A stretch of DNA of 63,988 bases, filler included, from Sluysia triapertura (lineage: Eukaryota), in assembly GCA_046118255.1 (NCBI GenBank). It is 4 parts of 4 records of this genome, joined end to end, with 100 filler letters (N's around TTAATTAATTAA, not from the genome) between each part and the next. Parts side by side here need not be neighbours in the genome. Positions count along the whole stretch, not along the records: positions 34,592 to 52,940 come from JBJNIA010155270.1; positions 53,041 to 63,988 come from JBJNIA010191018.1; 2 more parts are not named here. One strand, given 5' to 3'. Under the pieces are notes generated by a model, which ran no database searches, was not told where the DNA came from, and saw only the letters and a list, made by a program, of their open reading frames with translations. The position numbers and the translations under genes are program-made. Position 1 is the stretch's first letter. The number at the start of each line of letters is the position of its first letter. Below are positions 39,712-54,089 of the stretch, piece after piece.

Positions 39712-42700
39712 CAAAATTCGGGAAAATGTTAAGTTTAATAAAATTATAACTGAAATATATTACTTTGTGTACATATAAAGTATATACTGTTATTTTATGT
39801 AGATATTGATTTGTAAAAATTAATTATCACTGCATTCAATAACCAAGACAATTGTCAAAAAAATTGGTCAGAGTCGCAGAAAGCATGACTGGGCCACATA
39901 TGGCGGACATAATATAATACCAACAAATGATAATTGTGAATGGTAAAATGATTTCTTTGACTTATGTTATATTTTGTGATTTTAAATCATTAATCATTAA
40001 ATCATTAATTGACAGTGTGTTTGTAGAAATTTTATTATTATAAAAACTGTCTAATTTTAAGTTTTAGTGGTTTTTATGTTGGTGTGCTAAGTCTATATGC
40101 GATTGTACACATGTTTAATATTTCGAGTGTTAATTGCGGTGTTTTGTTTATTTGTTTTGGATGAAATTTTAAATGATAGGTTTGAACCGCCACAAATATA
40201 ACAATGCATATGACGAATCATAAATGTGAAAAAGGTAGAATGAATGGTTGAAATTCGAAATGAAAAAGAGTAATCATTGATAAAAATTTGCACCGATGAT
40301 AAAGTAACTATTTCTAAAGGCTAAATAAAATTTTTTGCTTTGTTGTGATTCAGGGGATAGCAAACACTGTCCATACTGCAACTTTAGAATAAATAATGGG
40401 TTCGCTTACAGTAAATTCTAATGGAAGACACCTCTTTCCTATATATACTTTCCAATATGTGCTCTTTTTGTATATAGAGGTTTAAAAATTTTTCTGTAAC
40501 ACTTATTGATGCAAACTAATTTAACTCAAACTCCACTTTCGCTTGACTTCACAAATTATAGAGGTAATTTTTCATACTATTAAACTACACATTTATTAAT
40601 ATAAAATTTATTCGGAAAAAATGTTTAGTTATTGCCAAAAAAATTACGCAGTGACACCATCATTACTCTATGTTGATAATAATTTATACGAGTAGGCGTC
40701 GTCTCAATATATACTTAGGTGCAGTAGTAAACAAAAATAGAGTCAGATGGATGATGTGTTTGATAACTACAGTAGAATCCGAAATTTGGATTAACTGAAC
40801 AAATGTTTACAAAATAACCCTAAGTAAATCAGGGATTAAAAATTAAAAATTTAAATTATCTGTATTTTAGGAATTCCATACTTACTAATTTATGAATATT
40901 TTTCCAAAAAATAATAGTAGCAAATACAATGCCTTCCATTGACAAAAATTTCGATTAATGAATTGTGAACTCTAAAAATCGTATTGTTAAATTGTGATTG
41001 TAAATGTTTCTTATGCCAGTATATATTTACCAGTCGTTAGCCATTCAAAATAAACCCAGAATTTTCAGTTTCTTTTTTAGAAACCGGATTTCTTTCACAA
41101 AATTATCAACATTTTAGGGTTGCGATGATAACCTAACAACACCAAAAGCGGTATGGGGAGTATAAAACAAAAATATTGGATTACTAAAAATCAATTTGTT
41201 GACATAAGTATTTATATCGTAAATTTAATGTAATTTATTATGATTATTTTTTATATATAATTATTCATTTAATAACTTCTGTGGCATTACTTTCAGTTTT
41301 GGTAAAAATTTATTTTAGTAAGGTAATTAAGAAAATTCATTTTAAAGCAACACAAATAATAATTTGAATAAAATTAAAAAACTAATTAATTAATGAAAAT
41401 CACTTAAGATCATGCTAACTGAATAGCGTAAAAAAAGTTCGAATGATATAAAAGAAAAAAATATTCGTTTGGTATGTCAGTGTATGCGGTAGGTCAAAGT
41501 AATCAGTTATTTGCAATTTATTTAGCTTTTCAATATTTTAAATTTATTAAAAAATGCCCAAAACACGTTTTGCCACACACTTTTAATTCAGGTACCTTTC
41601 GAATTAAACGTGCAAGTCAACATTCATTAAATCAGATTTACTCCATTTTGATTGGCTTAAACTCAATGATTCCAGACAGATTACTTTAAATTTAGTAACA
41701 CCTTCAGCATTCCAGAACACAATTTTTTTGATATTCGGTAATGATTACTATAATCTGACTCTATAACATTATTATTATTGTACCTTGTGTTCTGTTTGGC
41801 TAATGGGTTCTAGAATCCAGCAAAATGACCTTGATAATTATAAAATATCCAGACGAGGTCATGTAGTGATAAAGAATCTACAGAGTTTTAGCTATTAGCA
41901 TTTTAAAGAGAATTACAAAGGTCATACATAATTTAGTTAACGTTGCTTTTGAACCACTTAAGACATGTTATTAATTTTCACTATCCTTTCTATTGACTGT
42001 AATTAAAATTATCATACGTTGTCTTACATAAAATCATCATAAATGATTGCGACATTTTTAATGAGTTATGCTATTAAAATTTAATGCAGTAGTCAATCAA
42101 GTGTTACTTATAAGACTATTAAGATAATGTAGTAATTACTAAATTTAATTGATTGTTTGACATTTCTACAAAGTACAATAAATAACAATCTGTATATTAT
42201 TAATATTCTTCAATTAAAAATTGTGTAGTTTTCAAAAACACAAATAAAATATTAATGGGTTCTCATTACATTTATTGTTTTGTGATTTAAATAATTGATG
42301 GAATAACTCAATTAGAAAAATAAAGTACATTATTTCAAATCATGCAACTAACCTTTAAAATATGCAAATAATAATTGGATTGACTAAATTTATCCATCGT
42401 ATTTTAATGTTAAAAGTTCATAATATTTACGATAATTTTAGTAATAGCAATGAACCCGTAAAATAATAGAAGCCTAGTAAAATTATAATTTTATAAGTCT
42501 GGAATAATTCTGTGCAACCTAATAAAGATAAACTTTACAATCTAAATATAAAGTATTTTAAAGAAATTTAATTAATACAGTTAACATAATTCAAGCATAC
42601 CATTCCATCAGTTAAAATACATACTAATAAATTACTAATAAATTACATTTATCCAATTAAAATAATACATCCACACTTCATAAATTATTGTTCATATCAT

Positions 42701-43533
42701 AAATTAATTTCGGCATAATTTTCAATTTATCTTATACTGAACACGGATTCAATGTCATAAAACTTTGTTCCACTTTTATGACACAGTTATTTTCATTGAT
42801 AACTATATTAAATGATATAGAACCTTTCACAGATTCATATCGTGATCAATAATAATTTTTCCAAAAACAAAAATATTATCTATAACGCAAGACATCATCA
42901 AGATCATGCAGAATGTGTTTGGTGAATTTAGAAAATATCAGATATTCTTTATCTGAAATCCTGTCTTTATATAAAACAATTCTGATGTAATTTCTCGTAA
43001 AAATGGCATATAATGTGGTTTTCTATTTACAGCAGTACATGTACACCTAGAATCTATGAATTAACAAGTTTCTGTGTTCAATAATATTTTTTTACACTTA
43101 CCATCTATTGTATAATATATTCATGTCTATTACTTTGTTATTATATTCGACCCTGAAACCAACGCAGCAAAGTATTTCTAAATAAGTGTTAACTTCAAAT
43201 TAGACAGTTTACATCTAATTTCAGGAATGAACTTTTAGTAATCGCTATCGAACTGACTAAAATTAGAATATCTCACTTCATATCCTTATTTAGTTATTTA
43301 CAAAAACCATTTCTGTTTTTTGTTATATAAATACTTTATGTGATAAAATAAGTTTCAAATTAGTAGTTACTAATTATAACTACTAATCAAACCAGTATTA
43401 TGCAAGTTCATAACTTTTCTTAATAACCATTTAAATTACGCTTATAAAATGACCTACCTTCATTTATTTCTAGTCTGTTGTCATGCACAATACTATCTTC
43501 TTTACCACAGTAAGCAAGCAAGTAAGCGCTTAA

Positions 43534-43693
43534 CCCATTAACTGCCACGTACACCAATTAACGCGAAGAATATGTAGATGAAGTTGACAGTTTAATGTAA
43601 CTTTATGCATCAGTCAATATTGTTTATGGCAGATACTGTGTATTTTGTGTTTCGTTTCTTTTCAGCAAATTAAAAAATTGGGCAGTTAATAAC
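43534..43693. mobile_element. piggyBac-like MITE with an eroded right end
   Basis: TTAA-CCCATTAACTGCC at left and inverted GGCAGTTAAT at 43681-43690. Confidence 0.55.
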
Positions 43694-44080
43694 TAGCTTA
43701 TAATTGAAACAATGGTGTGTTATCATCACAATAAATCGATTTTAGCATAAATTTTTCCAATACGTTAAATTTAATAATTATGTCACAACAATCTAGTAAG
43801 CACACATAACCACATAACAAGATTTCCGCATTAATTAACACATTTTTTGTAAGATAAAAAAATGAAAGATTTATTTTTTGCGTAAATGTCCAAAAATCGT
43901 CTGCTTTTGGTTGAGGTAAAATAGTCCGCATAGAATGTGTTAAAAAGTGTTTTAAAAATTTAAAATACTAATAAAATAATTTAGTCTCCAATAAATTTCA
44001 ATAATTTAAATATATAATTATATTAATATATCTAAATTGTATAAGCTGTGCTTCCAGTTCCAATAATATATCTTCTTTAA

Positions 44081-44284
44081 CCCTTTGAGTGCCAGGAGTG
44101 CGATCGCGCTTGTTAGTTATTTTCACTTATTATGTTGAAATTATAATATATTAAATTTATTTTATGATTTTGTAATACTTTTTGTAATAAAATGCTTAGA
44201 AAATTATTTTTTTAATTTTCAATTTTGTGTAGCATCCTGGCACTTTTAGATAATTCTCTAAAAATCATGTTGGACCTCAAAGGG
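44081..44284. mobile_element. piggyBac MITE (204 nt) in NAB intron
   Basis: TTAA on both sides, TIR CCCTTTGAG / CTCAAAGGG, and an inner inverted AGTGCCAGGA / TCCTGGCACT. Confidence 0.85.
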
Positions 44285-44820
44285 TTAAATAATTGTATAT
44301 CACAATTTTAATCTATATCATTTTTTTAATTTTCTCAATATTACGTGCATTAAAGCGAAATAAAATCCAAGATCACTTCAATTTTATCGTTAAAAAGTAT
44401 GACTACGAAATGCGAGAGAATTGTAAGGTTCAAGCATCATGTAATGATTTTTATTGCTAAATTTAGTAAATATTTAGTAAACAATATCTTCAACAAATTT
44501 TGATTTAAATGAAATTTGAAAAAGTAGATTAAAACCGTTGGGAAAAAATTTTAGTCGAATCACATCGACAATTTTTCCGCCTGATTATTTTAAGTTATTT
44601 TACTTTTTCAGTTTTTTGCTCCCTAATTTTTAAAACCTGCTAAGTTGTTCATTTGCATGAATAAGATCAACTTAAATCTAGTCTTTGTAACCTTTGATGG
44701 ATCCGGTGTAACGAAGAATTAAGTATATTAATGTCTGTTGGATAAAAGTACGTAGTACAACTATTATTGTAGTAATATAATGGTATTACAAAAAAACATT
44801 AATAATCAAATAAATCATAC

Positions 44821-45212
44821 CAATACTCCTTTATTAACATCTTTACGACCAGAAGATGTAGTCCGAGCATCAATTCTAGGTAAAGTGATGGCCAAATTCT
44901 CAGCAGCTACTCTAATTTTTTCTTTTTCTGATTCTGATAAAACTGCATTTGGCAATAAACTAACTGGAATACCTATTCCTGTTGTTGTTGGAGTCATATT
45001 AGGTGTGCCAGGTCCATTATGAGGCTTAGAAATAATATTTGAAGGTGCTAGATCAAGCAATGGTTTCAATCGGCTGGAATTTGTTATAAAAGCTGACATT
45101 GCAGCTGCAGTTGCAACCGTGCAACTATTAGTGGCTGTATTAGCATTGGTATTGATCGGTGTAGATCCAGAACCAGGAAATAGAGTATTATTTAAAAATC
45201 CCATTAAACTGG
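44821..45212 (-). CDS. NAB: NAB exon (low-complexity linker and start of NCD2)
   Basis: ORF 44815..45204 with acceptor tctaatttag and phase-0 donor gtatga. It joins in frame to 35737 across an intron of about 9.1 kb, giving AAENLAITLPR..RKDVNKGVL|NVLLMDKDDPERR, as expected for NCD2. Confidence 0.85.
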
Positions 45213-45518
45213 CTAAATTAGAAATAGTGTAAGTAATATGTAAATATAGTGTAAGACATCTTTTAATACAAAATAAATAATTATTTTAAAATTGAGAATA
45301 TTCCAAAAAATGAATCTTACACAAATATTAAAACAATTAAAATCTAAAACCACAAAAGTAACACTCGAACACTCAAAACAATTGTAATGTTTACTGGATA
45401 AATTTTGTAGTAATTGTAGTAATTATATTATTATTAGCAAAAATATGACAATAAGATAATAACAAATAATAAAATAATGATAACGATAGTGTAATAATAT
45501 CGGCTAATAACATCTAAC

Positions 45519-45560
45519 CTTTGCTTGGATGCCCAAGAAATTCTCTCACCAGAAATTCTG
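45519..45560 (-). CDS. NAB: Probable 42-nt symmetric exon of NAB
   Basis: Acceptor tttatag, donor gttaga, phase 1/1. Reads EFLVREFLGHPSK in frame with the next exon and loosely resembles the NCD1 end (LREW..NP). Confidence 0.5.
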
Positions 45561-46235
45561 CTATAAATAGTAGAGTATTGTATTAATTAATAGAGGAATA
45601 CAGTAATTTTTGGAGGAAATCTAATAATTGTAGTAATTCGTATAAGCAATTTAGCAAAGAATTCTACAAGCATTAATCTTAATTATTTAGTGCAGTCACA
45701 TATTTAGTGCTGCCTGACGGACAAATATACGAAATTTAGGAATGACTAAGCTTATTATTTAAATCCTGCAAACAAGCCTACGATCAGCTATAAGACTTCG
45801 ATTACAAGTGATCACAAACAAATTAATTTATATTATTTATCATCAAAGTTTTCGTAATAAAATCCATCACTAAAAGTGTAAAACAAAAAAGAAAGACATT
45901 TAATAAACAATGGACAAGAATCAAATAGTATTAATCAAAAGTATTAATTCAAAATAAAAATGCACAAAGGCAGACCATCATAAGTAAAAAACAATTCAAA
46001 ACGAAGTATTTAATAAATATACAGTCAAGCAAATATTAAATAAAAATTAGGTTGTTAAACTTTCAACGGAGTTCTCAGTAGCAAAATTTGTCTAGATCTT
46101 GTTATTAAGATTAAAAAAATGTATGTTTTTAATAGTCTGTAATCTCTAGTTTGTTAAATAATTTGATTTTTTTGTTATAAAATTTTGTTTGATCAATTCG
46201 TAATATTTAGGCTTTATGTAAAATTTGAGGTTCGT

Positions 46236-46770
46236 TAGATTGGCACGATAAAATTCGTAGTTAATAATATTATCAACATTAACACCTTTTTATTTGACAG
46301 TAGCTTAATATTAAACAGTTCCGTTTTTTGTTGGAAAGTTACGTAACTCAACTGTTTAAAGAAATCGTAAGTTCTAAAAATATTTAAAGCATTTTTTAAA
46401 TTAATTGTGTTGAAAATGGAACGGTAGGAAATTTACACTATTATGAGTTCTGACGTGGAACTACGGTATCAGGGACCGCGAGAAGCATCATTAGTGCATT
46501 TGGATCTAGTGTCACTACGCAGTAGAAAATATCAAATTGGTTCATGGTTGCCCAGAACTAAAGGTCAACTCTAAATCTGATCCATTCCACAGTGTCTATG
46601 AATTATTTGAAATTTTGTATTAACAAACAAACAAACAATAATAACTCATTTTTGGCTCAAATCGGTAAAATCAAAAATTTGATAAGTGGGTTCCACATGA
46701 ATTGAATGAAAAACAGAAATAAAAGCGTTTGGAAGCTTGCTTGATGTTACTTTTGAATCGAATTGTCTCT
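46236..46770 (+). mobile_element. mariner element 5' remnant
   Basis: TIR-like TTAGATTGGCACG, then YEF*RGTTVSGTARSIISAFG..NWF and QIGKIK..DKWVPHELNEKQK*KRLEACLMLL (WVPHEL motif). Confidence 0.85.
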
Positions 46771-49700
46771 TAATCACAAATAAATTAAGCTACAGAACAA
46801 TTTAGATACGCGACAGCTGACCTTGTGTGGTGACTGACCTCTATCCACTAAGGATCATGTAGTGAGACCAATTAGTTCAATTCTTTCGTAGCCTGTAAAT
46901 AGCATAGTTTTGAAATAATACAATTTTACATAGTCGTTAGGACATATTTTATTAATTATAATTAAAGTTATTTCTTGTCTTATAACTTTTTATGCTTAGA
47001 ATGCAGCCTATAACAATGCGCTTTTCTGTTTATTTTATATGTTTATTTTATATAAGAACTCTTGAAAAATATCGTGCTGTTGCTCGTCCTTCACGCATAA
47101 ATTCCACTTGTATTGTCTTTTCTTTCTTTTCGACTCTTTCCCCATGCCCTTTCCCTATTGTCCTGTGTCCTTCTGTAGTAAAACGCTGTGACATTTATTA
47201 TATGAAGAAATGAGGTACATCATAATCATATGATTCTTCTTCTTCTTTTTGGAGGTGTTGTATTAAAATGATATAATATATTTAGTGATGTACTACTGAA
47301 TTTTGCGATAATTTCTTCTTAACTGTTATTTATCACTTCCTCTTTTCTCACTTGGTTCAGACGCATCAAATGTGCCCAATCTTCTACAATGTGGTTCACT
47401 TCCGGCAATACACAAGTTCCAGATGGCCAAAACTCACACCACATCTCCTCGGATAACGACATTGACAACGACTCGGATTTCCCCATCGATTTGGACACCT
47501 GATTTACGAATTATCAACATTATTCTTTAATTTACAATATCTTATTTTTATTTGCTATTTTTATTGCTATTCATAAATTTTTTAGGATTTGAGGACAAAT
47601 TTTCCTGTGATGGGATATATTTGTGAGAATTAAAAGTGTATAATAGTGTATAATTCAGTTTAAACTATTGGTAACACATGTATTTGAATACGTTAGTTAT
47701 TTTATTAGATTGTGAATGTCTAAATTGTAATATCATTCTTGGAGATGTGCGAGATATTTTAACTGTATCTATGGACAAAATTTACTAAGTGTAATCTTAC
47801 TCTATTTTGGTAAAAACTACTTAAACATACTGACTTATGTCACATATTTTCGTTCAAAATTTTATTGTTCAAAAATATTTATGCTGTTTTGAATAGACAA
47901 CTTATTATTATTATTATTATTACAATCATAAATAATAAATATTGTGAGTTATACTAGTCTGATTATTATTGTTATAGACTTAACATTGTTTTTTCGTGCC
48001 TGGATGCGGAATTTTATGTAATCCAATATTATATAATAGTATATTATGTATTCTAATATTATGCAATGTGTCATTTAAGTCAATATTAATTATTTTTACT
48101 CTAAGTACTTTAAATTTAGATTTTTATTTTACAAAATTTGATTTAGTAATTATCAACGTGGCTTGTAAAAAATTCAGTAAAAGAAATTCCAAAAAAGAAA
48201 TGTCTCTGGATAGTTAAACTAAATTGTTCGGATTGTCCGTCAATGAAATATGGTCAATTCAAATTAGTTAATATATTTTTCAAAAAGAAAAAAATATTCC
48301 AATTTAAAAATATCAACCAGTCGATTAAATTCTACAAAATATTTTTCTTTTGTAAAATTTTGCTTTATACAAAAACATCTTATAATTAATTTTATTACAT
48401 GATGAATTTTGTTTCACACTTGATTAATATAAATAAACTCCTGACTTATTTCTTCTATATAACTTAAGCCATAAAATTTATTTACTTTATTTATTTATTT
48501 ACTTTACTTTACTTTAATTTCTTATTGATAATTAAGTGCTGTTTTCTATGAGAATGTGAATGTTTGAATTTATAAAAATGTTATAAACATGTTAATGATT
48601 TAAGAATGTTAAGGTAATTAATGAACGTTTTAATGAAAGTTGAAACAATAAGGTGAAAATGTTGAGGAATTTCAAGAATTTCTAATTATATTGATATATA
48701 TAAATAAATAAATGGAATGCTTTTAATCGAATGTTTGATCAATAAAATGTGTTGGTTACTAATTTTTAAGTAATGAACGTTCGAAAATTATGAATTCGAA
48801 TGTTAATAATTATTTAAATTTAATTTAAACAATAATATTTAAAGTTATGATGAACCATCTAAAAAATTAAATCCATTAAACTCTGAACCACTAAATTACA
48901 TAATCAAATTAATAAGTGAAGATCAAATGAATAATATATTTTAATTCGATAAAATTTAGTGTCTGTAATATGTATGTACAGAATTAATAATACGATATGT
49001 ATGTAGAGTTGAATCATTTATGTTACTAGATTTATAAGTAAAAAATTATAGTTGAATAATTTTCAGTAATAATAATAATAATCTCTAAATTAATTAGTTA
49101 ATCTTCATAAAATTTATAATGTTGAATATTAAAATACACATTTAAAATTTATAATCAGCTATTTTGTAAAATTTAAATGTGAATATTAAATATTATTAGT
49201 AATTTTGCAAATAATACATTAATTTTGTAAATTAAAATTTAAGTTAAATATTAAGATATAAAATAAAATATTAATTATACTAATAAAATTTAGAAAATTT
49301 TAAAATATTATTTAAAATACAAATTGTTTAAATAAAAGAATCTAAATTTTAATATGAAGAATTAGTTTAATCGAAATAATTCGTTTAATATAAATTTAAT
49401 ATAAATTCCAAGTGGATTTTTAGTAGAGACGCAATTAGATAATTAGATTTTCAGCAACACAAATATATTAACAAAATTAATCGTGACACAATAATATGAT
49501 TTTTAAAAGTGATAAGAGAAAAAATTACACGATAAATTAGAGAAAAAATTTCAAAATTTGGTTTCAGATATTTTTAATACTAATTTTTATCAATCCCCAT
49601 GTACATGCATAAGTTCATTTTGTTAAGTTTATACATGCTTCTTTTTTAAAGGAAGTCAAAATCACACTTATCTCTTAAGTATATTTCTAAGTAATTACCA

Positions 49701-50268
49701 ATTAAATCGATTGATTTAATAATGTAATTTATTTAATTTTTGTATTTAAATAAAAATAATTATTTGTTTAAATTAAGGAATATTTTTTAAAAATTTACTG
49801 CGAAAATAAAATAATATGAATATAAATAATGTTTCTAATTAAATAATTTTTTATGGCGTGATATAAATTTTTAAAAAATGTGGTATGATCATGTCCACAA
49901 AAAATTTCAGTATAAAGCAAAGACAAATACATAGGCAAACACGAACAAACATCTTTATTATTAAAAAACTGTTTCATTATTTGCAAAGGAAACACCTTAG
50001 CAATTGTTGGTTGATCATAATCCTCTGGAGAAATTTTTATTCATTATTTAACCGTTCATTTAAATATTTATTTCAGCATAAAATATACTCATTCTTTTAA
50101 TAATTTGCAGGTAATTTAATAGTACCATAAAATAACATGCATCTTATTAAGCGCGAAAAACCTAATATTTAGTAGCAGATACCGTTTTATTATATATTAT
50201 AAATATCATGTTGCCAAGAGCTTATGGATTGTGTCATAAAAAAGGCTAACGGTAGTGAAATTAAGAAA

Positions 50269-50273
<5 letters not shown>

Positions 50274-50333
<60 letters not shown>
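50274..50333 (+). repeat. (AAT)20 microsatellite
   Basis: Read directly. Confidence 0.97.
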
Positions 50334-50334
<1 letters not shown>

Positions 50335-52079
50335 GATTAATAAAGGTATTGAAAAATTTTATGATATTTTATCCTTTGATATAATAAAAAGAATAATATT
50401 GTTTCGAATAACTGTTAAAAAAATAGTAATTGTTTGAAATAATGAGGCATTTAATGGTACAGATTCTATTACACAAAAGTAGTATAAATGAGAAACTCAA
50501 CAAAAAACGTAGAAAATTCTATCAAAATTTTATAGATCTAATTCGACGAACAGATATTACTAGTGTCAAATTTTCGATACAGCCTATTCTAACGAGAAAA
50601 CCGCATTCATATCTCATTTGACAATATTTCCATGATAAAATATACTTAAAATCTTCTCATAATGTATGTCCAGATATTAATAGCCTGTCAAAATCTTAAC
50701 AAATTCATTTCAGTAACTATTTAAAGATTTATTAAATAAATAAAATCCTTATTTTTTACTATTACATAGCTAGAGTTGATCGTAATATTGACTGGAGTCT
50801 TTTTTTTATAAAAATATTAATTACAGCGATTTTTCTGCATTCATATAAAACACACTGAAAATTATTGCTCATTTTACACCTAATTTTAAATAGAAGTTTA
50901 AACTCAAGAGAAGTATAAAATTAATAATAAAATCATCTAAAATCTTATTCAGCATTTGAATTCTCATTTTAAGTAGAGATAAAATCATTTTAAATCGAGG
51001 TTGAAAATCAGTTAAATTAAACTAATCAAGTTTGAACATTTATTTTGAGTTATAATTGCTATAAGACATATTTAAATCATGGTAAGTATGGTTAAGAGAA
51101 TTATAAACTAAAACCATTTTTTTGACTTCCATTTTTCATTTCAAGATTATTAGTTTGCAAAATCCTATGGATCACGTTTTTTATTTAATTTAATTTTTTC
51201 CTTATTAATAAAAGTTCATTTAATTGAAATTTTTGCAATTTGATTATGGTATTTTAATAAAACAAAAAAAATTTTCAGGTATACCTGCATTGAGTATAAG
51301 ATGCATGCTCTAGATGGATCCAGAATTTAGTACTTTCATTTAGCTGTAAGATAAAACAAAATGAAAATTCATCAACATTTTCAAGTAGTGATCAAAATTT
51401 ATCTCCTATAAACCGAGTGTTAGTTTTAAATTCGTCTACTTTGGACTTTAAATTCATCTTTATTTATGACTTAAATATGTACGAAATTTGAACTTATCTT
51501 TTAAGATAATAATTAATCAAATAATGGTAATAATTTAATAATAATTAATAATTCCAAAAAAACAAATATTTTAAGAAAATGATACACAATAATATTTTAG
51601 TAAAGTTTTGCTATGTTGTATGATATCACACCACCAGTTGATCAGAAGTAATATAAATGTGACTGAGTCAGCATATTGCAGAATTATTAAAAGAAAATTT
51701 TTGTTAAAAAACAAAATTAGGATATTATTTTATGAATTGTCATTTATAATTCATAATCAATTGAGCCAATTGATTCAGCACAATTGATTTTAGAATTTGA
51801 AAACCAAGGAAGATAAATGAAAAGACCAAAGCAACCCATATGAAGCTCTTGAAAAGAAAAAATTGAATTTCGTTAATAAAAATGCAATAAATACTTTATT
51901 GAGAGAATAACGTAAAATTTTATCATATCACGAATTATGCACAGCTATTTTTATGTTTGTGACCATTTTATTGTGTCTACACTGAATATATAAAAGAATT
52001 TTAAGTTACGGAGTAATTAATATTGAGAGCTTCGCGTATTTTGAAGGAATGAGCAATTCGAAAGTCGTAATGGTTGTGA

Positions 52080-52330
52080 CCTGCAAAAATTAAGGATGAT
52101 TGTGTATTTACTGATTTTGAGTCAATTTGTGACTGCTGAAATTGTACGTTGTGTAGATGTTGTAAAATTGTAAGTTTGTTGTTGAGTGTAGTGAATGATA
52201 AAAATTCAGTGTGCTAAAATGTTAAAGGATTGATATAAGCTAAGTTTGAATTAGTGAAAGTTAAAATTGTAAGCTAAGTACTGAGCCACCACAGTACTAT
52301 TGAATGTATTTATTGAATGTAAATAGCACT
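52080..52330 (-). mobile_element. Penelope-like element fragment
   Basis: Shares the ctgtggtgg (CGG) block and strand-biased composition with the 14060-14090 and 55220-55240 copies. Confidence 0.35.
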
Positions 52331-52867
52331 TTGACATTGTCTCTTTCAATAACATAATTTTGAGGTGTTGATTCTTTAAGACACTTTTTGTAATCAAGAT
52401 CAGTATTTGTATTATCATTGATCATCCACAATAACATTAAGTTGAATAACAGGTACTATTGTATCAGAACTGTTTCTTAATAACTTTTTTATGCATAATA
52501 ATTATTTTATGCATAACGTGAGAATCATCGAAATCTATTCCAAAAATGCTAAATTGATGTCGTTAAGGTTTCGAAATAACACCAGTTATATACTGAAATC
52601 CATTCATAAATTCAGATAATGTTAACTCTAATTGTTCTTTTGTACCTGTCATCTATTGTACTGTAAACGTGACTACGTAACTAAACTAATGTATTGATCT
52701 ACGTGAATAAACTAATATATTGATTATTAACAATGACCAATGATTAATATGTAAATAATTAATAACTATATGTTATATCAATTGTGATCATTAACTTTAA
52801 ATTACAAATTTTATTTCTTTGAACTAAATTATATTAATTTTGAAATATTTTATTTGATTTGGATATA

Positions 52868-52940
52868 CAGTGGAATCCGCTTAATCGGACCAGCCGCTTA
52901 TTTGGACCACTTTTAAAAGTCCCGAATCCAATCCAATATA
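52868..52940 (+). mobile_element. pogo/Tigger-like terminal inverted repeat cut by the contig end
   Basis: TA-CAGTGGAATCCGCTTAATCGGACC followed by a direct subterminal repeat CCGCTTATTTGGACC. Confidence 0.65.
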
Positions 52941-53040
52941 NNNNNNNNNNNNNNNNNNNNNNNNNNNNNNNNNNNNNNNNNNNNTTAATTAATTAANNNN
53001 NNNNNNNNNNNNNNNNNNNNNNNNNNNNNNNNNNNNNNNN
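52941..53040. other. Artificial contig spacer (N44-TTAATTAATTAA-N44)
   Basis: Same 100-nt linker. Confidence 0.95.
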
Positions 53041-53149
53041 GAATGAGATGTTAAATAAAGATAATAATAATTTAATGATGGATGATTCAATTATTATTAG
53101 AGTTATTATGGAATAAGTGTTCGGGACCTTTTGTTGACTGGTAATAGCA

Positions 53150-54085
53150 ATGAAAAATAAGGCGAGGAACTTTCCATTGGAAACTGTGGCCTTTAGCTGT
53201 TCAAAGGGGAGCAGGAGAGGAGTGTTTGTAGTATTTCAGCGTGGTTAGAGTTTCAATTTCAAATATAGGATCAATTGTAAAGTAATCCGTAAACATTGCT
53301 AGGTATGTAATCGTAGATTGGTCGAAGGGTGGAATTGTTCCATTGCTGGCAAAAGGGATCAACCTTAGGGTTGGTCGGAGTAGTGGCTGTTACAGTGATG
53401 TTTTGGGACGCTTTTGTTTGGTTTTCTTGAAAGACTTTGTCCATATTAGGTTTTGAGGGTTCATTGTGTTGAGCGAAGATATTGGGGAATTTTGGTGGCT
53501 TTAGCAATCGAATGACCTCGCAGAAATCGTTGAATCGGGACATTTTTTGTACTGTTTTGCAATGTCGCATATAAATGTTCCGCACTCTGTTGCGCCAACT
53601 TGATTTGGGTATTGTATGGCTTTATATTGATGCTCCTGTGTTTTCGGTATACACTAAGTGACTTACGGGTAGTGACGATGTTGCTGATGTAATGGCCAAG
53701 ATATATGAGGACCAATGATTGTGTATGTGTTGGCATTCTTGTTAAAGATCAATAGTATCCAGTGGTGATCAATATTTATACGTCAGTTTGGCAAGTTTGG
53801 ATAGTGAAAAGTTGTCAAGAATGCCTGTTTATCGTTGCAGATTGTGAAATTCGATGTGAAGCAATCAATCACCACTGATTCCGGATCGACGATATAGTTG
53901 TTAAAATAGGCCATTATAGCACAACCTGTTGGTCAATCTGACTCATGGATAGAGTCGAGATCGGCTGTTGTCACTTCGTCGGGAAGATTATTCGGGTTTG
54001 TATGACTCAGGAGATGTTTTACTACCTGGGCGTGGGAAGAGAAGATAAAGTCAGATGTGTACTTGATGATGGCTACCTTTCCACT
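53150..54085 (-). mobile_element. Ty3/Gypsy reverse transcriptase remnant
   Basis: Minus strand, in order: AIMAYFNNYIV (eroded YxDD), LIYLGHYIS, IRLLKPP and PFEQLKA (RT-RNase H connection). GC is higher than the flanks. Confidence 0.65.
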
Positions 54086-54089
54086 GAGT

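Noticed and set aside
40100-40470. Possible RT fragment (YGQCLLSPESQQ); similar faint retroelement traces near 19200-19640, 20700-20880, 22480-22730, 45600-45830 and 47340-47520
   Set aside because: Single eroded motifs, too weak to annotate.
44780-45022. Plus-strand ORF over the NAB exon (likewise 33171, 56496, 61587 and 15617)
   Set aside because: Antisense shadows of real coding frames.
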